This document shows, piece after piece, positions 45,555-55,066 of a DNA stretch of 64,000 nt; within the stretch, counting starts at the first letter, position 1, and every line of letters begins with the position of its first letter. The notes under the pieces were generated by a model, which saw nothing but the letters and a program-made list of their open reading frames with translations, made no database searches and had not been told where the DNA came from. This DNA comes from a bacterium (GTDB taxonomy: Bacteria > Patescibacteriota > Minisyncoccia > Phycocordibacterales > UBA9973): assembly GCA_021831595.1 (NCBI GenBank), contig JAKBMK010000020.1:2801-66800 (forward strand), given 5' to 3'. A program made the translations under genes and the position numbers.

Positions 45555-46760
45555 ATGAAAACAAAAATTAAATCATTAAAAAATTTACCAGACAAAGATG
45601 GGTATTATGGAAAATTTGGAGGGAGTTTTGTCCCTGATCAACTAATAAAACCATTAAAAGAAATTGAACAAGAATATTTAAAAGCGAAAGATAATGTAGA
45701 ATTCCAGAAAGAATACTTAAATCTCTTGAAAGACTATGTCGGGCGTCCATCTCCACTTTATTTTGCTAAAAATTTAACAGAAAAATTAGGAGGAGCAAAG
45801 ATTTATCTTAAACGAGAAGACTTGAATCATACAGGGGCTCATAAGATAAATCATTGCATTGGTGAAGCTTTACTTGCAAAAAGAATGGGTAAGAAGAAAG
45901 TCTTAGCCGAGACTGGTGCAGGCCAGCATGGTGTTGCACTGGCTACAGCCGCTGCTCTCCTTGGTCTTGAGTGCGAAATACATATGGGTTCAATAGATAT
46001 TGAAAAAGAACGTCCAAATGTAATACGCATGAAATTATTAGGAGCCAAAGTGGTAGAAGTTAATACGGGAGGTAAATGTTTAAAAGACGCTGTTGATAGT
46101 GCCTTTGGAGTATTTATGAAAGAATACAAGACTACTTTCTTTGCAATAGGTTCTGTTGTAGGCCCTCATCCTTATCCAATGATAGTAAGAGATTTTCAAT
46201 CTATCGTTGGTCGAGAAGCAAAAGAACAGATATTAAAAAAAGAAAGAAAACTTCCTGATTATGTAATTGGCTGTGTTGGAGGAGGTTCAAATGCTATGGG
46301 ATTATTCCATGAATTTTTAGATGACAAAGTAAAACTCATTGGAGTTGAACCATCTGGTATAGGATCTAAGATTGGCGAACATGCTGCAACTATTAGTTAT
46401 GGAACAAATGGGGTGATACATGGGATGAAAACTCTAGTATTGCAGAACAATAAGGGCGAACCAAATAGTGTTCACTCTGTTGCCTCTGGGTTAGATTATC
46501 CTGGGGTTGGGCCTATCCATGCCTATGTGAAAGATATTGGCAGAGCAGAATACGTAACTGCTTCTGATGATGAAGCGATAAAAGCTTTCTTGGAATTATC
46601 TAGAGTTGAAGGTATAATTCCAGCACTTGAGAGTGCTCATGCTATGGCTTATGTCATGAAGCTAGCCACGACATTAGATAAAAATAAAATCATAATTGTG
46701 AATCTCTCAGGAAGAGGAGACAAAGATATAGAATATGTATCTAAATTATTAAAAATATAA
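45555..46760 (+). CDS. trpB: Tryptophan synthase beta chain (no trpA in window)
   Basis: [67 protein letters not shown]. Confidence 0.97.
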   Translation: MKTKIKSLKNLPDKDGYYGKFGGSFVPDQLIKPLKEIEQEYLKAKDNVEFQKEYLNLLKDYVGRPSPLYFAKNLTEKLGGAKIYLKREDLNHTGAHKINHCIGEALLAKRMGKKKVLAETGAGQHGVALATAAALLGLECEIHMGSIDIEKERPNVIRMKLLGAKVVEVNTGGKCLKDAVDSAFGVFMKEYKTTFFAIGSVVGPHPYPMIVRDFQSIVGREAKEQILKKERKLPDYVIGCVGGGSNAMGLFHEFLDDKVKLIGVEPSGIGSKIGEHAATISYGTNGVIHGMKTLVLQNNKGEPNSVHSVASGLDYPGVGPIHAYVKDIGRAEYVTASDDEAIKAFLELSRVEGIIPALESAHAMAYVMKLATTLDKNKIIIVNLSGRGDKDIEYVSKLLKI

Positions 46761-46799
46761 ATATAAAATGCACTAGGTAAGGCCTAGTGCATTTTATAT
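46761..46799. terminator. Bidirectional terminator between trpB and asd
   Basis: ATATAAAATGCACTAGG-TAAGG-CCTAGTGCATTTTATAT. Confidence 0.8.
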
Positions 46800-46808
46800 A
46801 GTGATTAT

Positions 46809-47897
46809 CTATTTAATGAACCCTTTTTTTACTAGAAGTTCAGCGTTGAGTATTCCTCCACCGGCTGCTCCACGAACTGTGTTATGTGAGAGAGCAACAA
46901 ATTTATAATCAAAAATCTTACAATCACGTAGGCGTCCGATAGTGACGGCCATACCTTTGTCGTTATCACGATCTTTTCTTGGCTGAGGACGATTTTCTTC
47001 TTCTTTGTAGATTATTGGATTAATGGGTGCAAAAGGAAGCTTCAAATCTTGAGGAATAGATTTGAATTCATTCCAAATTTTAATTATTTGTTCTTTAGTA
47101 GGCTTTTTATCTTTGAACAAAATATTTACAGTTGCAAGATGTCCATCGATGACTGGTACTCTAGTACAAGTAGCAGATATACTTATATCTTTACTCTTTA
47201 CAAATTTACCATTCTTTATTTCCCCAAGAATTTTGAGTGGTTCTTCTTCTGTTTTCTCTTCTTCACCACCGATAAATGGTACGACATTGTCTATCATGTC
47301 GAGACTTGGTACTCCTGGATATCCAGCACCTGAAACAGCCTGTAGGGTAGTAATCATTACCTTTTTTACAGGAAAACCCGCCTTATTTAGGGCATATATA
47401 GGGGTTAGATAGCTCTGTAGAGAGCAGTTTGGCTTCACAGCGATAAATCCTTTATTCCATCCATGATTTTTCTTTTGAGAAGCAATAATATCTAAATGGT
47501 TAGCATTTATTTCAGGTATAAGCATTGGAACGTCTTCACTCCATCTATTAGCAGAAGCGTTTGAAACTACAGGAATTCCCATTGCCGCATATTTTTCCTC
47601 AATTTCTCTTACAAGATTTTTATCACCTATTTCGAATGCAGAAAAAACAAAGTCACATTTTTTTGATGCTTTTTCTATATCATCAACATTTTCTACTTTT
47701 ATATTACTTACCTTAGCTGGTATTGGAGTAGGCATCTGCCATCTTCCTTTTACAGCTTCTCCATAAGACACTCCTGCTGAGTTAGCTGAGGCTGCTAAGT
47801 AAACAACATCAAACCAAGGATGCTTTTCAAGAAGTTTTATATAATTTTGACCTACCATACCTGTCGCTCCCAATATTCCTACTTTTAGTTTTTTCAT
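46809..47897 (-). CDS. asd: Aspartate-semialdehyde dehydrogenase
   Basis: GILGATGMVGQ, KPNCS, QAVSGAGYPG, TRVPVIDGH, HNTVRGAAGG. Confidence 0.95.
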   Translation of the reverse strand: MKKLKVGILGATGMVGQNYIKLLEKHPWFDVVYLAASANSAGVSYGEAVKGRWQMPTPIPAKVSNIKVENVDDIEKASKKCDFVFSAFEIGDKNLVREIEEKYAAMGIPVVSNASANRWSEDVPMLIPEINANHLDIIASQKKNHGWNKGFIAVKPNCSLQSYLTPIYALNKAGFPVKKVMITTLQAVSGAGYPGVPSLDMIDNVVPFIGGEEEKTEEEPLKILGEIKNGKFVKSKDISISATCTRVPVIDGHLATVNILFKDKKPTKEQIIKIWNEFKSIPQDLKLPFAPINPIIYKEEENRPQPRKDRDNDKGMAVTIGRLRDCKIFDYKFVALSHNTVRGAAGGGILNAELLVKKGFIK

Positions 47898-47898
47898 A

Positions 47899-49260
47899 TT
47901 ATTTTTTAATAAATTTTTTATATAAATTGTTTACGACTTTTTCAATATTATCTGTTCTTATGACCGCCTCTATTCTTTTACAGTTTTCAAAATAGAAAGC
48001 ACTTATTTGTAAATCTGTACCAAGTTTTACAAGCAAGCTGTTGAAATCATTTACATCCTTGGCCTCAAAGTTTCCGACAAGGAAAACCATACTAGCTTTT
48101 ATTAATTCAATTTTTTCTACTTTACTTTTTATCTCGTTATAGACTTTTTCTATTTCATCATTTTTTTCTGCAACTATTTGCAGACTGTATCTTGTATTGC
48201 TTACAAGAATCATTTCCACTTTATGTTTTTTGAATATATCGCAAACCAAGAGTAGTAAGTCATTAACTTTTATAACCTCATCTGTGATTAATAATAAGTT
48301 CAAATCTTTCTTTATGCTAACTATTTTTGCACCCTTCTCTTTCTTTTTAATTTCTCCGATTTTTGTAGTGAGCTTAGGATTAGCGATGGAAGCAATCTCT
48401 ATTTCTGTTTTGTGCATTTTCACATACTGTATTGCCTTGTCATGGATAATTTTTCCTGCTTCTTCAGCTTCCAAATATGAGATGAAGGGGATAGTCTTGG
48501 CTGTTTTTACTATCTTAGGATCAGCAGAGAGAACCCCTCCGACATCTTTCCATAAAATAACTCTTTTAGCTTCTAGCGCTGCTCCTACAAAGCAGGCTGT
48601 TGTATCAGTTCCTCCTCGTCCGAGAGTTGTTACTTCACCATCGTTAGTTATTCCTGTGAATCCAGGGATAACAACAACTTCTTCTTTTTCTTTTATTTTG
48701 TTTTTTACATTTCTTGAAGAAACCAAGTAATCGATATTTGCATTTTTGAAATGATCATCGGTTATTATTGGTATTTCTTCGGCAATAAACTCTTTAGCGT
48801 TAAGGTTGTTGGATTTAAAATAATAGGTCATTATTATGGCTGAAAGTTTTTCTCCACAAGAAACAACCTTATCTTCTAGGGCGTTAGTTACAGCACCAAC
48901 CTTTCCTTCTGTCTTTTTATGGTCTATTTTGAGATCATCCTCTAGTTTAGTCATGACATTCTCTAATTGTGTAAAGACTTCATCTTCATACTCTTTAGAA
49001 ATTTGTATATCTTTCACTATTTGTTTGTGTCGATTGAGTAAATTTTGAGCAAATGACTCAATTAATTTTCTATCATAATTCTCCTTAAGACTACTTAAGA
49101 AATTAAGTATCTCATCTGTGACCTTTGGCATAGCAGAAACGACAGCAATACTTTGATTGCCTTTTTTTACCTGTTCCTCGATTCTTTTCTTCATCAATGG
49201 GATAAATTCCTTTGTCAGAATTCCGCCCCCAAACTTGTTCACAATGATTGGTTTAGACAT
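47899..49260 (-). CDS. lysC: Aspartate kinase
   Basis: KFGGG, VVSAM, GEKLSA, PGFTG..TTLGRGGTDTTA, DVGGVLSADP; start probably ATG 49260. Confidence 0.9.
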   Translation of the reverse strand: MSKPIIVNKFGGGILTKEFIPLMKKRIEEQVKKGNQSIAVVSAMPKVTDEILNFLSSLKENYDRKLIESFAQNLLNRHKQIVKDIQISKEYEDEVFTQLENVMTKLEDDLKIDHKKTEGKVGAVTNALEDKVVSCGEKLSAIIMTYYFKSNNLNAKEFIAEEIPIITDDHFKNANIDYLVSSRNVKNKIKEKEEVVVIPGFTGITNDGEVTTLGRGGTDTTACFVGAALEAKRVILWKDVGGVLSADPKIVKTAKTIPFISYLEAEEAGKIIHDKAIQYVKMHKTEIEIASIANPKLTTKIGEIKKKEKGAKIVSIKKDLNLLLITDEVIKVNDLLLLVCDIFKKHKVEMILVSNTRYSLQIVAEKNDEIEKVYNEIKSKVEKIELIKASMVFLVGNFEAKDVNDFNSLLVKLGTDLQISAFYFENCKRIEAVIRTDNIEKVVNNLYKKFIKK

Positions 49261-49336
49261 TTCTTTTGGTAAATATAATTTATTAATAAACAAGTTGATT
49301 ATAGTATATATAGTAGATAAATCAAGGACATTTTCA

Positions 49337-49365
49337 TTGACTTATGGGGGTAGCAATAGTAAACT
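49337..49365 (+). promoter_or_regulatory. Sigma70-type promoter of the CASDH-nspC-speB operon
   Basis: TTGACT-17 nt-TAAACT. Confidence 0.6.
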
Positions 49366-49391
49366 AATATTGTTATTAAAATTGTAATTGC

Positions 49392-49507
49392 GCTTCGTCA
49401 AAATAGCTTTCTTCAAAATGCACACAATAATTTTCTGCTGAAAATTTTGCTCGTACTCGGGCCGTCGCCCTCCGTAAGTCATTTTTCAGAAACTATTTTA
49501 ACTACGC
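49392..49507 (+). repeat. ~116-nt imperfect inverted-repeat element in the 5' UTR
   Basis: Arms 49392-49420 and 49480-49507 are imperfectly complementary; internal AATTTTC/GAAAATT hairpin and a GC-rich segment. Confidence 0.6.
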
Positions 49508-49520
49508 TATAAATCATATT

Positions 49521-50771
49521 ATGAACAAAATTTTAGTTATTGGTTGCGGAAATGTAGGAAGTGTCGGTTTGCATAAAATGGCACAATTTAAAGATACTTT
49601 TTCAGAGATACACGTAGTAGGTAGAACTCTTTCTAAGTGCGAAGCTGTCCGTCAGTCTGTTTTAAAAAAGACGAAAGGGAAAGTTGATTTAAATATTCAC
49701 ATAGCTGACGTTGGTAATGGAGATACATTCTTAAGACTCCTCAAAGAAATTAAACCTACTTTAGTTGTAAACTGGGGAAGTCCTTACGATAATTTGGTTG
49801 TAATGGATGCATGTCTCGAATATGGAGTCAACTACATTGATACTGCTTGTTATGAGAATCCAGAGAAGTATGGCTTCTCTTATAAACTTCAGCTTGCTAA
49901 AAATGAAGCTTTCAAGAAGAAAGGGTTACTTGCTATTCTTGGTTCAGGCTTTGATCCAGGAGTTTCAAACATTTATTCAGCTTACGCTCGCGATTATATG
50001 TTCGACAAGATAGATACTATCGATATCTTGGATTGTAATGGAGGTTCAAAAGATGCCAAGATTAAATTTGCCCCAAACTTTGACCCAGAGATAAATCTCC
50101 GTGAACTTATACTTCCTATTAAATTCTGGGAGAAGGGTAAATGGCAAGAGAGAATGAAACTCATCGATGAAGATGCACCATTCTTTGAATTTAATTTCCC
50201 TGAGGCTGGTAAATTCACTCCTTATCTTATGTACCACGAAGAACTAGAAACTATCCCTACACACATACCAGGACTCAAGCGTATTCGTTTCTGGATGACA
50301 TTCTCAACTACATACCTCACATACCTCCGCGTACTTTACAATGTCGGACTTACACGTATCGATACGGTGGATTATGATGGCAAGAAGGTTGTACCAGTCA
50401 AATTCTTGAAGGCAATTCTTCCTAAGGGTGAGGACTTCAATAGTGGATACGTTGGCAAGACGAATATTGGAAACATTATCACAGGAACAAAGAGTGGTAA
50501 GAAGAAAGCTGTATATATCTACAACGTTTGCGACCATAAGGCTGCCTTTAAAGAGACAGGAGGCAATGCTATAGGCTACACGACAGCTATTCCAACCGTT
50601 ACTTGTGCCAAACTCGTCCTAGAGGGCAAATGGGGAGGAGTAGGAACGAAAAATACCGAAGACAAGAGTCTTGATTCAAAGATCTTTATCGACGAAATGG
50701 CAAAAGTAGGTCTTACAACAAACATAAAAACTCTCAAAGACATACCTGCTGCACTTAAAAAAAGCTATTAA
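49521..50771 (+). CDS. Carboxy(nor)spermidine dehydrogenase (saccharopine dehydrogenase family)
   Basis: IGCGNVG, YIDTA, GSGFDPGV, IDILDCNGG, FAPNFDPEINLRE, YLMYHEE; directly upstream of nspC. Confidence 0.9.
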   Translation: MNKILVIGCGNVGSVGLHKMAQFKDTFSEIHVVGRTLSKCEAVRQSVLKKTKGKVDLNIHIADVGNGDTFLRLLKEIKPTLVVNWGSPYDNLVVMDACLEYGVNYIDTACYENPEKYGFSYKLQLAKNEAFKKKGLLAILGSGFDPGVSNIYSAYARDYMFDKIDTIDILDCNGGSKDAKIKFAPNFDPEINLRELILPIKFWEKGKWQERMKLIDEDAPFFEFNFPEAGKFTPYLMYHEELETIPTHIPGLKRIRFWMTFSTTYLTYLRVLYNVGLTRIDTVDYDGKKVVPVKFLKAILPKGEDFNSGYVGKTNIGNIITGTKSGKKKAVYIYNVCDHKAAFKETGGNAIGYTTAIPTVTCAKLVLEGKWGGVGTKNTEDKSLDSKIFIDEMAKVGLTTNIKTLKDIPAALKKSY

Positions 50772-50816
50772 TTAAACATTTCCAAACAGTGGCAAAACCA
50801 CTGTTTGGAGGATTAT

Positions 50817-52034
50817 ATGTCAAAAAATAATGAAAACATTTTTATAGAACCTTGGATTGATACGGAAGGATGGGATAAACTGGACTTTTCGAAAGTAGAG
50901 ACTCCATCGTATGTAGTCTCCTTAGAGAAGCTCGAGAATAATCTAAAAATTTTGAAAGAGGTAGAAGACAAGACTGGCGCTCATATACTTATGGCTCTCA
51001 AAGGATTTTCGATGTTTTCGACGTTTTCTTTAATCAAAAAATATCTTTCAGGATCTGAAGCAAGCTCTGTAAATGAAGCTCGTCTTGGATATAAAGAATT
51101 CGGAAAAGAAACTCATGTCTTCTCGCCATCATATACAGAAGAAAATCTTAGGGAATATATAAAGTATGCTGATCATTTAGTTTTTAACTCTTTCTCTCAA
51201 TGGAATAAATTTGCCGCCTTCGTTAAAACTACGGCAGGCCGAAGAAAAATATCGTGTGGAATTAGAGTTAACTTAGAACATAGCGAAGTAGAAACTTCTA
51301 TGTACGATCCCAGTAGTGAGAATTCTCACTTTGGGGTGACAATAAAAAACTTTGAAAGAGAAAATATAAAAGGGTTAGAAGGTTTACATTTTCATAATCT
51401 TTGTGAACTTGATGCTGATGCACTAGAAAGAAGTCTCAAAGTTTTTGAAGAGAAATTTGGTGAATTTTTAGGGGGGATGAAATGGGTAAATTTTGGCGGA
51501 GGACATCATATAACCAGGAAAGATTACAATGTGTCTTTGCTTTGCAAAATATTAAATGATTTTAAATCACGATATCCTCATCTCGAAATTTATTTAGAGC
51601 CAGGAGAAGCGATAGCTCTCAATGCTGGTGTTTTAGTTGCAAGCGTAATAGATATATTCAAGAATAATAAAAATATTGCTGTGCTTGATGTGTCTGCCAC
51701 CACTCACATGCCAGATGTTCTAGAAATGCCTTATTTACCAACGATTTTAGGTGCAGAGCCTTCGCACAAAGCTACAGTCGGCGAAGAAAGCCATATATAT
51801 AGATTAGTGGGGCCAAGTTGTCTTACAGGAGATGTGATAGGAGAGTATTCATTCACCAAACCGCTTGAAATAGATCAAAAACTTGTATTTATGAATATGG
51901 CTATATATACGATGGTGAAGAACAATACTTTCAATGGAGTAAATTTGCCAAATATCACAACAGTAGATAAAACTGGGAAAATAAAAATTATTAAAAAGTT
52001 TGGATATAAAGATTTTAAAAATCGATTATCATAA
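50817..52034 (+). CDS. nspC: Carboxy(nor)spermidine decarboxylase
   Basis: TPSYV, MALKGF, ASSVNEARL, GLHFHNLCE, NFGGGHHIT, EPGE, HMPDVLEMPY, SCLTGD, YTMVKNNTFNG. Confidence 0.93.
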   Translation: MSKNNENIFIEPWIDTEGWDKLDFSKVETPSYVVSLEKLENNLKILKEVEDKTGAHILMALKGFSMFSTFSLIKKYLSGSEASSVNEARLGYKEFGKETHVFSPSYTEENLREYIKYADHLVFNSFSQWNKFAAFVKTTAGRRKISCGIRVNLEHSEVETSMYDPSSENSHFGVTIKNFERENIKGLEGLHFHNLCELDADALERSLKVFEEKFGEFLGGMKWVNFGGGHHITRKDYNVSLLCKILNDFKSRYPHLEIYLEPGEAIALNAGVLVASVIDIFKNNKNIAVLDVSATTHMPDVLEMPYLPTILGAEPSHKATVGEESHIYRLVGPSCLTGDVIGEYSFTKPLEIDQKLVFMNMAIYTMVKNNTFNGVNLPNITTVDKTGKIKIIKKFGYKDFKNRLS

Positions 52035-52038
52035 TATT

Positions 52039-53097
52039 ATGAGTAAAGAAGAAAATTTAAAAAAGAGGGAGGAAGTACTAAAAGATTTTGATTCTAATGA
52101 AAATGGATTAACACACCATGGAATATTTGGTTTGCCGTTCAGCACAGAGGAATCGAGTCTTGTTCTTGTCCCTGTACCATGGGAAGCAACTGTAAGCTAT
52201 AAAGGAGGAACAGCGGAAGGCCCAAAGTCTATACTGGATGCATCACAGCAAATTGATCTCTATAATTTTCTATATCCAAACGGATGGAAAGAGGGTATAG
52301 CTATGCAAGATATACCAACGAGTATTTTGTATAACAATAAATACACTAAAGAGAAAGTCTCAAAATATTTAGATAAATATGTAGAAGGAGAAATTGATAA
52401 AAATTTACAAAACGAAATTAATAATGATTGTTTAGAATTAAATAAATATGTAAGAGAAACAACCAGTGAATTTTTGAAAGAAGGTAAAATTGTTGGTATT
52501 GTAGGGGGTGACCATAGTACACCTCTTGGTTATCTGGAAGCTTTAGCTGAAAAATACGACGATTTTGGGGTTCTACATATAGATGCTCATGCTGACTTGA
52601 GGAATGCATATGAAGGAATGACTTACTCTCATGCTTCTATATTTTATAATGCATTAGGAATAAAAAATATTTCAAAACTTGTCCAAGTTGGTATTAGAGA
52701 TTTCTGCGAGCAGGAATATGAATTAGTAAAAAAGGAGAAAAAGAGAATTTCTTTCTTTACAGACTACGAAATAAAAAAATTTATTTTTGAAGGAGGAACA
52801 TTAAAAAAGAAATTTCATGAGATTATAAAATGCTTGCCTAAGAATGTATATATTTCATTTGATATAGACGGCCTGACGCCATCCCTAAGTCCTAACACAG
52901 GTACACCCGTAGCTGGAGGATTTTCTATGGAAGAAATGGTTTTTCTTTTTGAAGAATTATTAGACTCTGGTAAAAAAATTATAGGATTTGATTTGTGTGA
53001 AGTAGCTCCTGGAAAAGAAGAAGAATGGGATGGGAATGTTGGTTCTCGTATGCTCTATAACCTCTCTCTAACTGCTCTAAAAAGTCAAAAAGAGTAA
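52039..53097 (+). CDS. speB: Agmatinase (ureohydrolase)
   Basis: GGDHS, HIDAHADLR, SHAS, SFDIDGL, TGTPVAGG, DLCEV. Confidence 0.88.
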   Translation: MSKEENLKKREEVLKDFDSNENGLTHHGIFGLPFSTEESSLVLVPVPWEATVSYKGGTAEGPKSILDASQQIDLYNFLYPNGWKEGIAMQDIPTSILYNNKYTKEKVSKYLDKYVEGEIDKNLQNEINNDCLELNKYVRETTSEFLKEGKIVGIVGGDHSTPLGYLEALAEKYDDFGVLHIDAHADLRNAYEGMTYSHASIFYNALGIKNISKLVQVGIRDFCEQEYELVKKEKKRISFFTDYEIKKFIFEGGTLKKKFHEIIKCLPKNVYISFDIDGLTPSLSPNTGTPVAGGFSMEEMVFLFEELLDSGKKIIGFDLCEVAPGKEEEWDGNVGSRMLYNLSLTALKSQKE

Positions 53098-53150
53098 ATT
53101 GCAATTTATTTATAGTAGGTTGGTAGCATATGGCTTGGATATGAAAATAT

Positions 53151-53678
53151 TCAAGCCTTTTTTGTTTTATAATATTTATATCCTTCTAGAATAATATCTT
53201 TAACTTTTGATTCTAGTACTTCACTATCAGAAGAACCAAAGAATCCTATTTGTGAACAAGACCCGTCTTGACATCCAGTAGGTTTACTTTTTGCAATTAC
53301 AATATAGTGCGGGTTATAAGCATATTTAGGGTATGGTTTTCCGTTTACTTTATTTATCTTTTCTGTATCAGGATTGATAATTTCATTGTAACCGAACATC
53401 TCTAAAGAGATTATATCTTCCAGACCAGCTTCTTCTTGGAGCTCTCTCATCAAAGCTTCTTCGATTGATTCACCTTCTTCAATATGACCTCCTGGTAATT
53501 CCCATCCTCTTTTAATGTTTTCCACCAGAACAATTTTACCATCCCAGATAATTAAACCAGTAGCTGTTGTGGCAATAGCTTGTTCAGGTAAATTCGGCGA
53601 TATGTAAAAATTCCAAAAAGTAGTGTTTTTCCAATTTCCAGATAATACCAGATTTCCTTTTTTGTTATCATTACTCAT
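53151..53678 (-). CDS. NUDIX hydrolase
   Basis: PGGHIEEGESIEEALMRELQEEAGL NUDIX box. Confidence 0.9.
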   Translation of the reverse strand: MSNDNKKGNLVLSGNWKNTTFWNFYISPNLPEQAIATTATGLIIWDGKIVLVENIKRGWELPGGHIEEGESIEEALMRELQEEAGLEDIISLEMFGYNEIINPDTEKINKVNGKPYPKYAYNPHYIVIAKSKPTGCQDGSCSQIGFFGSSDSEVLESKVKDIILEGYKYYKTKKA

Positions 53679-53732
53679 ATTTATATTATATAAGTTTCCT
53701 TAAAAATAACAAATTGTGGTATGATAAGCAGT

Positions 53733-54653
53733 ATGAATTGGTTTTTAATTGCACTTGGAGCCCCGTTCTTGTGGGCGATAGTAAATATTGCAGACGATTA
53801 TCTTGTCACAAAATTTTCCAATAAAGAAACAGAGAGAGGATCGGGAGGACTTGTATTGTTCTCTAGTCTTATTGGTCTTTTTATTGCCTTTTTTATTTGG
53901 TTTTTTGTCGGAGGAGTTTTAGATGTCTCATCGATGGATAAAATTCTCCTTCTGGTAACTGGCGGTTTAACAATTGTTTGGATTATTTTTTATCTATATG
54001 CTCTTGAAATAGAAGAGATTTCTTCTGTTGTTCCATGGTTCCTTGTTTCTCCAATCTTTGGATATTTTTTTGGCTATATATTTTTAGGAGAAACTCTTAC
54101 AAAATTCCAAATCATAGGCACCCTTATAATATTATTTGGTGCATTTTTGATATCAATAGATTTCAATGAAAAAGTAAAGAAGATAAAGAGAAAGCCTGCC
54201 TTCTATATGATATGTGCTTGTGTCGCTATTGCCATATCTGGTGTAATTTTCAAATCGGTGACAATAGAAGGGAACTTTTGGATTTCATCATTCTGGGAAT
54301 ATTTAGGACTAGGTATGTTTGGAATAATAATTTATATATTTATACCTAAATATCGTCGGGAGTTTCATTTTATGAATAAAACTGGTGGAAGAAAGATATT
54401 TTTGATAAATACAGTTAGTGAACTTATGAGCGTGGCAGGGAACCTACTAACCAACTTTGCCTTATTGTTAGCTCCAGTCACAATGGTCTATCTAGTTAGT
54501 ACATTTCAACCAGCTATAGTTTTAGTTCTCACAATACTAGGAACAAAGTTTATGCCTCATATTATTAAAGAAAATATTTCAAGAAAAGCACTAATTCCAA
54601 AAATGATAGCAATTATAATTATGATTTTAGGCAGTGTATTTCTATTCGTTTAA
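53733..54653 (+). CDS. EamA/DMT family transporter
   Basis: About 10 TM in two repeats; FLGETLT..QIIG; APVTMV. Confidence 0.85.
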   Translation: MNWFLIALGAPFLWAIVNIADDYLVTKFSNKETERGSGGLVLFSSLIGLFIAFFIWFFVGGVLDVSSMDKILLLVTGGLTIVWIIFYLYALEIEEISSVVPWFLVSPIFGYFFGYIFLGETLTKFQIIGTLIILFGAFLISIDFNEKVKKIKRKPAFYMICACVAIAISGVIFKSVTIEGNFWISSFWEYLGLGMFGIIIYIFIPKYRREFHFMNKTGGRKIFLINTVSELMSVAGNLLTNFALLLAPVTMVYLVSTFQPAIVLVLTILGTKFMPHIIKENISRKALIPKMIAIIIMILGSVFLFV

Positions 54654-54681
54654 AAATAAGGTATAATATACAAGCTTTAAT

Positions 54682-55065
54682 ATGGAAGACAAACCCAAAA
54701 AATTATTGACCCCGTTTACTATATTAAATATAGTGTTGTTTTTGTCTGTCATGGTTAGCAGTTTTTACTTCTTTTATATCAAAAAGAATTTCAAATTCAT
54801 TGTAGAAACTACTTGTGATCCAAGTATAGAGCAATGTTTTTTAAGAGATTGTACTAATGCAGACGATTGCCCTCCAAATGGTTTTTCTCAATTCAAGCGA
54901 TATGAGTTAAATACTAATGATTTTAAGTATTGCACAAACGAAGACTGCAAAATAGCTTGTGAAAGCAAACAAATAAAATGCGAACCTATTGCATGTTCAG
55001 AAGATGTAGAATCAGGAGAAAGCTGTTCCAGTTTAATACAAGAACAACAAATTCAAACCCAATAA
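54682..55065 (+). CDS. Membrane-anchored Cys-rich protein
   Basis: Single TM followed by 10 Cys in ~75 aa (CDPSIEQCF..CPP..). Confidence 0.65.
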   Translation: MEDKPKKLLTPFTILNIVLFLSVMVSSFYFFYIKKNFKFIVETTCDPSIEQCFLRDCTNADDCPPNGFSQFKRYELNTNDFKYCTNEDCKIACESKQIKCEPIACSEDVESGESCSSLIQEQQIQTQ

Positions 55066-55066
55066 T

